From positions 41,656,347 through 41,720,346 of the forward strand of contig NC_092386.1 in the NCBI RefSeq assembly GCF_030028105.1: 64,000 nt of DNA. The letters run 5' to 3'. A program made the position numbers and the translations under genes. The notes beneath the pieces were generated by a model. It saw only the letters and a program-made list of their open reading frames with translations. It had not been told where the DNA came from and did no database searches. The DNA is from Mobula birostris. Its lineage: Eukaryota. Positions 35,400-48,500 of the stretch are shown one piece after another; position 1 is the first letter of the stretch; each line of letters opens with the position of its first letter.

Positions 35400-36005
35400 C
35401 CCATGGCAGTGGTTTACTTGACCTCTTAAATTTATTATACTGCATTCTGCATTCACAGTGCAAATCTTTGGCCATTTTGCAGAATGCTTCCATTCAGTCC
35501 ACAAGCATGACACGTGGCTTCCAGTTTCCTGTCACACTGGTTCTCGCAGTCTCACTATTTCATCTTTAATCTCCAGTGAAAGCCAGCGTAAACTGAGGAA
35601 TAATCCACTTGACTTGGTGCAGTAGAGCCCCAGAACACAACACTGAATTCAAGTAATCACCCATTTCAGCCTGTATATCAGTTCCACCATTCAGAGTGAT
35701 ATTTTTAATCTCACCCTCCGTTTCTCTTTCACTTTCGGATCTTATTGACCTCCTCAATTTTAGACCTTCCCCAGATACAGTTTTTGCTACCCTTTCTCTC
35801 TTTCAGCAAGCTAAATTACTATTGGGTCATTCAATCTCGCCTGGTCTCCATTTAATTACAGACCTTCCATTTTGAGTTCTCCGCCACTCACTACTTACTC
35901 TGCAACTGAAGACTATTTCTAAATTTTCCCATTTCTGTTGAAAAGCCATGGAGCTGAAGTATTAACCCTATTCCTTTTTTCATGGATACTGAATAATGCT
36001 GGTCT
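35400..36005 (+). mobile_element. Penelope-like element remnant: GIY-YIG endonuclease region plus 3' pLTR
   Basis: Degraded translation NLLYCILHSQC...GHFAECFHSVHKHDTWLPVSCH...EASVN/QRKL matches the PLE pattern N.IYCI.C..C...RF.EH..SV....LPVA.H. Downstream ctgttgaaaagccatggagctgaagtattaac...catggatactg is a decayed version of the short-element sequence. Confidence 0.7.
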
Positions 36006-36654
36006 TCTTTTTTTTCAATTTTAATTTTATTAAAGCATTACAAACTCCTTGTAAATTATGATGCTGTACACAAAGAGGGATTGCGCACTCTGGACTGAGA
36101 ACCACTGGAATAAATAACAAAGGGAAGCAGAGAATCAATCCTCACTTCTTCATGGCAACAATTTAAGGTAGAACTTTTGAGGTTTGTAGTTCTCGTAAAT
36201 GTTAGGTTAGCAAAACGTTACACTCAGCACCAGCATTTTACCATGTCCAATTTTCACTTGAGATAGATCTGTATACAGTTCCAGGTTCAAACCATAAAAG
36301 CTGGGATCCAATAAATGTCCAGTTCTGAAATCAGTCATTATTTTCACACAGCTGCTTATCACTGCCCACCATAAGGCAAGTTTGGATCATCTCATGAAAT
36401 CTCGACATAAATTGGCACATAAATCATGCACCTCATATAAACAGACTTACTTTTTAGTGCTGCCAGCTATTTGTCCCTTGCCCACTTGTTTTATGGGCTC
36501 ACATTCCTGGTCAAGGAAAAACAATTATTTTTGCTTTGAATTTCTCCCATAATGTCTTCATTAAGTACTAGTGAAAGATCCAGCCTGCACAGGGATTGTT
36601 TACTCTGCTAATATAATAATTAAAATGAAGTAAGGACAGTCATCTGAACAGGCC

Positions 36655-36890
36655 ATCACTGGGGATCAAGGGTGGTTTGCTTCCACTCTCGTTTTTTGTG
36701 CTCTGCTGTGGCTGATAGGGCCAATGTTGGAACTACAGACTCTTCCGCAGGTGGGACTTGGGTGCTGACAAGCATGTGGGTGGATTGGTCATAATGTGGT
36801 TCACTCCTTCTTCCACTTACAAAGAACCTCTGTCTGCCCTGAATTTGGGTCACGTATCCATTCACTGAGTTTGGAGGATTCTGCACAGGA
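36655..36890 (-). mobile_element. RTE-clade LINE 3' end
   Basis: Minus strand gives PTCGRVCSSNIGPISHSR, the RTE C-terminal zinc-finger-like motif. Confidence 0.7.
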
Positions 36891-37589
36891 AGCATTGGTG
36901 GCAATGTTCCGCCTTCTTGAGGTGCCTCCTGCACTTAGTTCATGACTCAGAGCCCTACAGGAAGGTAGAAGTCATTACTGCCCAGTAGACCGTGAGTTTT
37001 ATGCCAGGTCTGGGGTCTTGATCTTCAATCACCCAAAGGCTGTGCTAGTGCAATGGAAGTGTTACGAGTTGCATTATTAATGTCCGCTTTTGTCAAGTGG
37101 TGGCCCCTGAGAAATGGAAGGTAACCTGCTTTCATTGTGGGACCAATGAGTTACAATGGAAGCAAGTTAGCATAGGATCTTTATCTTGTATACAATATGG
37201 CCTATCCTTGCCTATGCCTCAGTGAAAGCATTGACTATAGTTTGGACTCAGCATCTTAGTATATGCAAATATAAGAGTCATCTGTATATTACAGCTTGAC
37301 TATTGACTTCCTGGAGTGTAGTTACTATAGGCTGAACAAATTCCCATTTATCCTAAGGATTAGTTCCACTCCCATAGGTGAAATGAAACAATGAAGTAAG
37401 GAAGATTGAAACTACTGTTGTGGGAATGCCCACTGGAAGGAAAACTTCAAAGGTTTCCTCAATCAAAATCTGTATTTAACTTGAGTGCCCTTACCTCCAT
37501 CCCACAGAACCTGTTTAGCCCAGATTTGCTGCTACCAACTAGCAACAAGTAGTCAAGAATGCCACTTCTGCCCATGGTTACTAGAGAAA

Positions 37590-37940
37590 GAGAACTCTCC
37601 TTAACCAGCAACCTAAGAGCTGCTCTCCAGATCTCAGTGTAAATTCCGTCCATCTAGGAATCTTGTGGCAAGTGAACATAAATTTCACCAGGAGACAAGT
37701 CCACAAATGATGCGAGGAGTTACACCGGCCACGATACATAGACTTTTTCAACCTCACTAAAGTCTTTGACTTCACCAGTTAGGAGGGACCATGGACACTG
37801 TCCCTGAACTTGTTTCACACACAGATTTTACGTCACTATATGACTGCTCCATAATAGTGTACAAGCCCCATTAGTAACAGATGTTTTGACAACAGGGTCA
37901 ATCTCAGTGAAAACTGGTGTCAAACACTGCAACATCGGGA
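37590..37940 (+). mobile_element. RTE-clade RT fragment, old
   Basis: Degraded SQCKFRPSR, FFNLTKVFD and VKTGVKHC, corresponding to ESQCGFR, FIDLTKAFD and TGVKQGC. Confidence 0.7.
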
Positions 37941-39764
37941 TGTTACTGTACACTTAAGTAGCAAAATAGCAACAATCCTATTTATACTTAATTTCATTTC
38001 ACAGAGCTTGCTTGAATCATAGTTTGTAGCTGAGCTTTTATAGTGTCATTGGTCCCATGTCATGACCAGATCATTTAGAATAATTCATGGTACAATCTCC
38101 TTGTAAAGAAATAGTAAATGTGATGTCTCCTTAAATGCATATATACCACTCATTTCTGGTCAAAGTTGATGCATTTTAATTTTGACAATTCTGTGATCTC
38201 TCATCAGAATTTTGTATTACCTTCTGAATTTCATCGATTCTGTTCTCTCTCTTACTTTTCTGTTTTACCTTTTTGCTTGTTCTTTGTCCTTGTTGCTTAC
38301 TTTGTTTACGTTCTGTTTCTTTTTTCTTATTCCTGGGCCACAAACCTTAAGACCAGAGTGGATCACAAATTATGAGCAATGCGTGGATTGCCCATTGGAG
38401 TATATATTGTACCTACAATTGTTTAAAAACCCTCCCACACAGGTCTCCTGTCATTGTCAGACACGATGGACAATCACCACCATTTGCACAGCACGGTAGG
38501 AACCTTGTGCCCCACGGAATCTTCCTACAATGCACACAAATTGCAGTTGATAAGAGGAAGATTTTTCTACAGTGTGGGGCTGACTGGTTACAGATTCTAC
38601 AAGTTGTTGATGCATCTCACGTACAGTTGGGTCATACAACCAGAAGTATGAAAAAGCTTCATCAGGAGCTGTAGATTGGCTGAGTAAAGCGTGCACATGA
38701 TATAAATGGTGGTATTTCTAAGAGATAACTGTCTGTCATGAGGCATATAATTTGATCTGAATTCTTGATTATTTTACTCTTACACTGCCATCAGCAGTTA
38801 GTGAATTCTTTAGTTGTCATAAAGTTGAGAAACTTAAAGAAAGCAGCATCATTAAGGAAACAGCATCTGAAGTCAACAAAAAAAATCACAATTGATTTTA
38901 TTACTTATTTGGGAAATAATCCACAAAATAGATATTCAGAAGTGAAATTCAAGTATCATCTGCTGAAGGAACTTAAATAGCCTTTGCATGCTCGTTACGC
39001 GATGAACATCACAACTTTTAATTAGATGACAGTGGTGTAATTCACACTCTGCAATCCATTGCTCTTGATTTGAGTGTATATGAGGTTAAAAGAGCAGTTC
39101 CAATAGCTATGATGAGTTAATGCTTGATCTTCCACCAGAGTGCATTCATTTGGCAGCAATCATGTTAAATAGCATCAGATAGGGAAGCAAGAGTCTTCAC
39201 AAATCACACAGAATAGGTGTATGAGATGTCACAAGCAGATGGGGTAAGTCAGGCATTGACTTATTTGCATCTAGGTCGAATGCTCAGAATAGATGTTATA
39301 TTGTATGGAGGCCCTGAGGCAGCTGATCTGATGATTTCCATTGAACTGGAAAGATTTAAAATTTAATGTTTTTCCTCCTAATGTTATTCTTCAAGGACTC
39401 AAAAGGTATGTGACACTGTTCAATGTAATTTCTGACGTACAAATGCATGGTTGAGAGTAATGTGTATTCAAATATGTGACTAATAATCTTCTCGAGTGAA
39501 GGAATTTATTATTTGTAACAAGCTATAATTGCACTGTTACTGATAACTCTAATTCAACATCCAAAGATGTTTCTTGACAGACAGTCATTTTTTTTATTTC
39601 TGCACAGATTGCTTAAAGACATTTTCATTTTGAAATATGTGAGTGTCATCTGCCACTTGTACTGGAGGAAAACTATTGGAAACATCTGTGCAGAAAAATA
39701 AATCTGTCTAGTTTGGTCAGTGTTATTGTTTTAAAATACAAATTGAATTTACTACTTCATAGTA

Positions 39765-40085
39765 CATGCTGGAGCAGTAGCTACCGCTGCTTCATATCTC
39801 CGGGTTCAATCTTGACTGCAGGACCTGACTATAGTTTGCACAATCTCCCTCTGACCTTATGCGATTCCCTCTGCATTCCAAAGTCATGCTGATTGATTAA
39901 TTGCTTGTTGTAAATTACCTTTTAGCATCAGCTAACAATGAAAAGAGTCAAAGGGGAATTGATGTGCATGTGTGTGAGAGAATGAGTTACAAGCGTACAC
40001 AGAAATGAGGAGATGAAAAATGAGACGAACGACATGCTTGTCTGGGAGCCACCATCAATTCAATGGGCCGAATGTCCTTCATGTA
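39765..40085 (+). mobile_element. Old V-SINE
   Basis: B box gggttcaatc, agtttgcacaatctccc, cattccaaag, tgtaaattacc and CR1-type end atgggccgaatg. Confidence 0.7.
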
Positions 40086-41505
40086 GGCTGATAGAAAGAA
40101 TAAGGAAAGAGATTGTACAACAAAATGGAAATTAAGCAGCATATATATTATTACTTGTAAAGTCTTGGTGATTTATAAACAAATTAGTTAATAAACTAAT
40201 TGTTCAGCATATCAAAAGAAAATCACTGCTTGGAAATATCATAAGCAGTCACTATGTAACAAAATGGATATTTGGATGCTAGACTCAGTATCTGCTTGGA
40301 GATCTCATCTGGCCAGCAGAATGGATGCAAGTGTTGTATTTGAAGCTCTTTAGCTGCATCAGTCACGTTCTCAGCTCAGCTGTGGTCTTCTAATGGGAAT
40401 TCCCATGGAAATTGAGATTACATTACCAATCAGCAATGATTGCATGGACCTGCGCATGTAGAACTCCAATTGGATAAGTTGCTTGGCACAATATTCCTTG
40501 CCCAAAGCATTGCTTTCCAGAGAGGAGTGAAAATGATCGCCGCTTTGTTTATTCATTATCAACAATTCAGAAACAAATGATGCACAGTGGCAGATGTTGG
40601 GCAATGTTTGATGTTGAGAAGTCATTGTTCCTAGATCTGTCAATAAATGGCAATAAAGAGCTACAAAAGAACATATGCCAGCTTCACATAAATAACTCAG
40701 AATAACACTGTTATTGCCTTTTGATGGCTGGTTTTAATCTGTGTTACAAGCAAACCAGCAAACTACTTTCATTAAAAATGGCACTTTTATGTTCTATCAT
40801 GCCACTTTTGCATCCAAAATAACCCTCATGACACATCCAGAAAAAGTTAACCCCAAAAGGTTTTTCCTTTCTAGCTGCAGTGGGGGTGGAGAGCAACAAG
40901 GTATATAGCGATCCTTATGTAATGTAGGAATATGAACAAGTTTAGAATGTGTCAGTGTGAGAATATCTGGCACATTTCCATCCACTGACCTTGTTTAAGC
41001 CCTTTCTGAGTCCTGATATCTGGCCAAAGTATAAAGAAAGACAATCACCAGCTATCATGGAATGCAAAAGACTCAAGAATATCTCTGTAATTTTTTTCAA
41101 TGATAACTCAAACACAGTTAATTGGTCCCATGAAAATTAAATCTAATGTGAAATATGCTCCACTATTGCAAAGGTATACTGAATAATATAATAAACACTT
41201 TCCTTTGCCAATCATATTTCATTAACAATAATCCTATATTTAAAACACAAGCACAATAGTTAAGAGCCCCTCAAAGTCCAACCTCACGACACATTGTGAG
41301 AGGCGGAAATGGGTAATGCCGGCCAACAGGGCTCTAATGAAGCTGTATAGGCCAATTCCCTGTACAGTAGATACAATGGATTACAGAAATTTTGATCAAC
41401 TCCAACCATACCATCAAATTTAGACGACAGAAATGGGAGGTCATCGATGGCCTATGCTCCAGTGAGAGCTTAGGGTCCAAGAAGAAGAAGACAAGAGTTA
41501 AGGAT

Positions 41506-42340
41506 TTCAATAGGTTCAATAGGTACATTTAACGTCAGAGAAATGTATACAACATACATCCCGAAATTCTTTTTCTTTGCAAATGTCCACGAAAACAGAG
41601 GAGTGCCCCAAAGAACAAATGACAGTTAAGCGTTAGAACCCTAAAGCCCCCCCCAGCACCTCCCTCCCATGCAAAAGCAGCAGCAATCAACAATCCCCAC
41701 CTCCATCTGCAAAAAAGCATCAGCACCCTCCACCAAGCGCTCAAGCGTGCAGCAAAGTATCAATAAAGACACAGGCTTGCAGTACCCCAAAAACTACTCA
41801 TTCACCCAGTAATTCAACATACCACAGACTCTCTCTGTCTCCCTAATAAGGGAAAAGGAGCTGTCCCCATTTCACAGTGAGAGGGGAGGCATAACAAATA
41901 ACTTGCTGATTTACCATGTTAAAAGTCTGTTGCGTTGCATTTTCTGAGCTCTGTACCCGAAGAACTCAGGTCTCTCTACACACAGCCCGCAGCTACCCCG
42001 CTGCTTCCAATGTTCCGTGTTCTCCGGCGACACCTTCAGTCAGGGGCACCGGCCGTGGATCAGCCCATCTCCAGAGCCACAACAATCTGGCACCTTGAGG
42101 GTGCACTAGTCTTCCAGGCTGCATCCTTGGGATATCAAAAAGCGGCCCGTCATGAAGCCCTGAGAGTGGGTCCCACTCCTGCAAAGAACTGAAGTCAGAG
42201 TGTAACTCCAGGTCAGAGTTTTCACAAGAACCTTGAAAGGGAAAAAAACAAGATATCAAAGATAGAAATAGAACTGTTCCTGAAGATGCAAGCAAAGGAG
42301 TGGCCCTTTAACATCATCATGACTTTGCTCCGCTCCCCCG
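41506..42340 (-). mobile_element. Non-autonomous bipartite retroelement (family C)
   Basis: Inverted homologue of 43968-44789, with (tcaataggt)n tail. Confidence 0.88.
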
Positions 42341-42831
42341 TCCTGTTTATGCTGAACTTCTCTTTGGTGATGACTTTTGTCGTCTGTGATTCGCTCCTTT
42401 CATTAGCGTTAATGCAAGAAATGATATGACATCAAAATGATTAATATGGAGACTATAATTGTGCCAGTCATCATGAACAGAGAGATTAGTAGTGATAAAT
42501 TGCACTTTTTCCAGCTGGGCATCTAACACTATTGTGTACAATCTCCCATTGCACTGTATTGTAAATCCAGGACAGTTAGAATTCAGAAAGTGTTCTGAAT
42601 GTACTGAGTGCCAACCTTATCATCTGAGACTTCATCTGAGAGACTGAAATTGGAAAGGATGGTACTTGCAATGACCCACCACTTTCAAGGTGTGCAGAAT
42701 TCTCGAATCTCTGACATTTTGGAAGATGACAACCAAAGCATCCACAATCACTCTGATCACATGCTTCGAAACTTTAAGCTTTCAGGTCTTGGAGGTTTGT
42801 TGGGTTTCATTGTTTAATGAAACCCAACATA

Positions 42832-43452
42832 CGGGAGGAGAAGATGGCAGCACACCGTGCGTGCACAGCTCTCCGGTGAAAAATGATGTCGAATCTGTTA
42901 AATAGGGGCCGTGGACAATTTCTGATTTGATGGAGACAGACGTGAAAGCACAGAGGAACACCTGGAGAAATTTCTGAAACACCCATCCGCTGCTGTCATT
43001 ACTGTGTGGTCGGGAACCTTTTGGAGGGTAGGCCTCAAAATCCCCAGTCTTGCCTGCTTTTGGCAACCGAGAAAGAGGTTGAATCGTTCGGACAGAGATG
43101 ACGCTCAGTACTCGGTGTCGGAGAGCTGATCAGAGCTCAAAGTTTTCCGATGACTCAGAATCGGACTGTGGTCGGCATGGCAGGGAGAGTTTTTCTTCCT
43201 TCTCCCGTCTGCATGAGATGTGGGACATTTGAGAAACTTTGAACTTTACTGTGCTCATGGACTTCTTCATCAAGTTATGGTATTGTTGCACTGTTGTAAC
43301 TATATGTATAACTATGTGGTTTTGTCAGTTTTTTCAGTTTCGGTTTGTCCTGTGTTTTTGTGATATCACACCGGAGGAAATAACGTATCATTTCTTAATG
43401 CATGCATTACTAAATGATAATAAAAGGGGACTACGTGTCTTCATAATCTAAT
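42832..43452 (+). mobile_element. Non-autonomous bipartite retroelement (family B), full length
   Basis: Starts gggaggagaagatggc and ends aataaa...cataatctaat. Second copy at 29821-30446. Confidence 0.9.
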
Positions 43453-43967
43453 ATCACCACATCTAATATTTAATTGTGATTACTGCCTTTCACCTTTCCC
43501 TTTGCTCCAGCTGTGTTGTTTTTTTTTCTGCACCTTCTTAACCTCTTATGTGAATTGCTATACAAAATATTTGCATATTGCTATTTCTTTATTCTCTGAT
43601 ATATTTTCTCCTATTTCAGTCCATTGCAGATTCACATTAACTTGAGAATTTTGCATATCTGTGGAAAATTTACCTTCTATTTTTATGTCTTTCTCTATAT
43701 GCCTTTTATATTCTACGTTCCATTTTCAATCAACGGTCCTCCTTTGTGGAATTCACAATCTTTTCTAGTCCTTGTGATTCTGTTTCTTGGCAATATAGTA
43801 AGTTTTTTCCTTTGATGCAATACTAATTTTAACTTATTTTGATAGCCTTGTCTGGGCCATTTTCCTGTTAGTTTTGCCTTGAAAGAAAATACATTACACG
43901 TTAATTCTTTGATAGTCAGGCATTCCTCTGATACTTTCCTATCTTTTTCTCTGTTTCTCTAATTGTG

Positions 43968-44789
43968 GAGGGTGGAGCAAAGTTAAGATGGCACTAAACA
44001 GCAACTCCTTTGCTTGCATCTTCGGAAACAGCTCTATTTCTATCTTTGATATCTCTTTTTTCCCTTTTCAAGGTTCTTTTGAAGACCCCGACCTAGAGTT
44101 ACACTCTGACTTTGGTTCTTTGCAGGATTGAAACCAGCTCTCAGGGCCTCACGACCGGCTGCTTTTTGATATGCCAAGGACACGGCCTGGAAGACTAGCG
44201 TGTCTTCAGGATGTCAGTTTTTCATGGCTCTGGAGACCAGCTGATTCAAGGCAGGTGTCCCTGACTGAGGCATCGTGGAAGAAAACAGAACATCAGCAGC
44301 TATGTGTCCAGAGACCTGAGCCTTCCCAGGGCCGATCCTCTGGAAGCAGAGCTCGGAAAAAGCGATGCAACAGACTTTTAACATCATAAGGCAGTGAGTT
44401 GTTTGTTATACCTCCCCTCTCACTGTGTAACAGGGACACCTCTTATGCCTTATTAGGGAGAGAGAGAGCCTGAGGTATGTCAAATACCGGGTGAACAAGT
44501 AGTCTTTGGGGTACTGCAAATCTATATCTTTATTGATGCTTGCTGCATGCTCGAGTGCTCGATGGAGGGCGCTGATGGTTTTTTGCTGGTGGGGGAGAGG
44601 GGTCATTGACTTCTGCTGCTTGTGCATGGGAGGGGGGTAGCTGGGGGGAGCTTTGGGTTCTAATGTTTAACTGTCATTCAATCTTTGGGGCACTCCTCTA
44701 TTTTCATGGATGATTGTGAAGAAAAAGAATTTCATGGTGTATATTGTATACATTACTATGACATTAAATATACCTATTGAACCTATTGA
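43968..44789 (+). mobile_element. Non-autonomous bipartite retroelement (family C), full length
   Basis: Starts gagggtggagcaaagttaagatggc and ends attaaa...(acctattga)n. Confidence 0.88.
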
Positions 44790-45547
44790 TCTTTTACTAT
44801 GATTTCCATATCTACAATGGCCACCTCATGCTTTATCCCTTCATAGTTTGCTTTATTAAGGTTCAAGACACTGGTTAAAATTGAAAAAAATGGTGAAAAA
44901 AATAGAGTTCAATCTTCAAATAAAGTTGTATCACCTTAAGCCTCACTGATTAACCATTCAAGATTGATTTTAACCTTTTCATTGTTAAAGTGGAACATGA
45001 AGCAGAAGTTAAACTCTGTATGATATTAAAGCATCAGCCTAGAAAATATCACCATCTATAGGATCGTTAATGCATCAAAAAAGAAAATCACTTCTGCTGC
45101 ATTGTTCAAAACTTCATAACAACTCCAAGTGTTTTACATCCAATGAGGCACCTCTGAAGAGGGGTTATCATAATAATTTAAAAATCCAGTCAGCAAAACT
45201 GCAAGTTCAAATAATTAATGATGAGGTATTGATCAGGCAGTCTGCTCGAGTGAATATGGTTGAGAGAGTGAAAAGAATTGTTTGAAAGGAATTGATTGGG
45301 GACTTCATGAAGGGGAAGTTGAGGAACACACACCAGTCCTCACTGAGGGATCAGGAGTGGAAAGACTGAGCAGTTTCAAGTCCCTGGGTATCAACATTTC
45401 TGAGGATTAATCCTGGGCCCAACATGTTGATCCAACTACAAAGAAGACACAACAGTGGTTACATTTCATTAGGAATTTGAGGAGAATTGGTATGTCACCA
45501 AGGACACTTGCAAATTACTACAGATATACTGTAGGGAACATTCTAAC

Positions 45548-48500
45548 CATAGAGCCATAAAACCATAGAACACTACAGCATAGAAAACAGGCCATTCAGC
45601 CCTTCTAGTCTGTGCTGAAACATTATTCTGCTAGTCCCATTGACCTGTATCCAGTCCATAACCCTCCAGACCTCTCCCATCCATGTACCTATCCAATTTA
45701 TTCTTAAAATGTAAGAGTGAGCCTGCATTTACCATGTCAGATGGCAGCTCGTTCCACACTCCCACCACTCTCTGAAGAAGTTCCCCCTATCTTCACAATC
45801 TTTTCTAGTCCTTGTGATTCTGTTTCTTTTCCTTTGATACAATACTAATTTTAACTTATTTTGATATCCAAAGGAGTTGCTGTTTAGTACCATTTTAACT
45901 TTGCTCCACCCTCCACAATTAGAGAAACAGAGAAAAAGATAGGAAAGTATCAGAGGAATGCCTAACTATCAAAGAATTAATACATCATTTACGTGTAATG
46001 TATATTCTTTCAAGGCAAAAGTAACAGGAAAAATGGCCCAGACAAGGCTATCAAAATAAGTTAAAATTACTATTGCATCAAAGGAAAAGGCTTACTATAT
46101 TGCCAAGAAACAGAATCACAAGTGAAGAATCTCCGGAGGGGAAGGCCCCGAGTCCTCGGCTTTGCTAATTGTTCGGCGGCCGGGGCGGGGTCAAAGCACT
46201 CAGCAGAGATGGTGCTCGGTGCTCGGTGTCGGAGGGCTGGTCGGAGCCTCGAAGTTTTCCGATGGACTCAGAGTCGACTGCAGTCGGGTGCCTCCAATGC
46301 ATTGGCAAGTTTGCGGCGCTTGGAGTTTCATGGCAGGGAGAGTTTCTCTCTTCTACCGTCTGCGTGAGATGATAGGGCTATTGGGACTTGAGACTTTTTT
46401 TACTGTGCCCATGGTCTGCTCTTTATCAAATTACGGTATTACTTTGCATTGTTGTAACTATATGTTATAATTATGTGGTTTTGTCAGTTTTAGTCTTGAC
46501 TTGTCCTGTGTTTCTGTGATATCTTTCTGGAGGAACATTGTATCATTTTTAATGCATGCATTTCTAAATGACAATAAGCGAGGACTGAGTGTCCTCATAA
46601 TCTAATCTAATCTAATCTAATGTTCCCCCTAAACTTTTCCCTTTCCACTCTAAAGCTATGTCCTCCCATATTTTTCTCTCCTAATCTAAGTGGAAAGAGC
46701 CTATTCACATATACTATGCCTATACCCCTCATAATTTTATAAACCTCTATCAAATCTCCCTTCATTCTTCTACGCTCCAAGGAATAAAGTCCTAACCTGT
46801 TCAATCTTTCCCTCTAATTCAATTCCTGAAGACGCGGCAACATCCTAGTAAATCTTCTCTGCACTCTTTCAATCTTACTGATATACCTTCCTATAGTTAG
46901 GTGACCAGAACTGTACACAATACTCCAAATTTGGCCTCACCAATGTCTTATACAACCTCTCCATAACGTCCCAACTCCTATACGCAATACTTTGATTTAT
47001 GAATGCCAGGATGCCAAAAGCCTTCTTTACAACCCTGTCTACCTGTGATGCCACTTTCAGGGAATTATGTATCTGGTCTCCCAGATCTCTTCGTTCCTCC
47101 GCACTCCCCAGTACCCTACCATTTACTGTGTATGTTCTACCTTGATTTGTCCTTCCAAAATGCAACACCTCACACTTGTCTGCATTAAATTCCATTTGCC
47201 ACTTTCTGGCCACCCCCCCCCAGTTGTTGCAGATCCCTCTGCAAGCTTTGAAAGCCTTCCTCACTGTCCACAACGCCTCCAATCTTAGTGTCATCAGCAA
47301 ACTTGCTGATCCAATTTACCACATTATTATCTAGATCATTGATATAGACAACAAACAACAATGGTCCCAGCACAGATCCCTGAGGCACACCACTAGTCAC
47401 AGGCCTCCAGTCTGAGAGGCAATCATCCACTACCACTCTCTATCTTCTCCCACACAACCAATTTCAAATCCAATCTCTCCATGGATACCTAGTGACTGAA
47501 CCTTCTGAACTAAGCTCCCATGTGGGACCTTGTCAAAGGCTTTACTGAAGTTCATATAGAAACATCCACAGCCTTTCCTTCATCTACTTTCTTGGTAACC
47601 TCCTCGGAAAACTCTACAAGATTCGTTAAACATGATCTACCACGCACAAATCCATGCTGACTATCCAAATCAGCCCTTGAATGTCCAAATATTTGTATAT
47701 CTGATCTCTCAGAACACCTTCCAATAATTTACCTACTGCTGACGTCAGGCTCACCAGCCTGTAATTACCTGGTTTACTTTTGGAGCCTTTTTTAAACAAC
47801 GGAACAACATGAGCTACCCTCCAATCCACTGGCACTATACCCATGGCTGTGGACATTTTAAATACTTCTGCCAGGGCCCCTGCAACTTCTAAACTAACCT
47901 CTCTCAAGGTCCGAGGAAATATCTTGTCAGGCCCCAGGGATTTATCTACCTTTATTCGCTGTAAGGCAGCAAGCACCTCCTCCTTTTTAATCTCTATATG
48001 CTCCATGACACTGCTGCTTGTTTCCCTTCCTTCCATATACACTACGCCAGTTTCCTGAGTAAATACTGATGCAAAAAAACTGTTTAAGATCTCCCCCATC
48101 TCATGAGGCTCCACACATAGACGACCACTTTGAATTTCTAGGGGACCAATTTTGTTCCTTACTATCCTTTTACTCAATATACTTGTAGAAACCCTTCGGG
48201 TTTACCTTCACATTATCTGCCAAAGCAACCTCATGTCTTCTTTTTGCCTTCTTGATTTCCTTTTTTAGTATTTTTTATGTTCTTCAAGTACCTCATTTTT
48301 TCCTTGTTGCCTATACCTGCTATGCACCTCTCTCTTTTTCTTAACCAGATTGCCAATATCCCTTGAAAACCAAGGTTCCCTATACCTGTTAAATTTGCCT
48401 TTAATCCTGGCAGGAACATGCAAACTCTGCACTCTCAAAATTTCACCTCTGAATGCCTTCCACATACTGAACACATCCTTGCCAGCAAACAACTTATCCC

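Noticed and set aside
35165-36107. Charlie/MER5-like TIR pair cagtagttcccaacc...tgagaaccactg
   Set aside because: The flanking 8-mers match at only 4 of 8 positions and the interior is explained by other repeats.
38372-38674. ORF with HVQLGH resembling an integrase zinc-binding motif
   Set aside because: No downstream CxxC or DDE core; stops follow immediately.
45780-46631. Apparent 10-bp TSD gttcccccta around the composite insertion
   Set aside because: Both copies are native CR1 sequence (encoding FRGNIRGNFF on the minus strand; compare the equivalent region at 22680-22715), so it is not a TSD.
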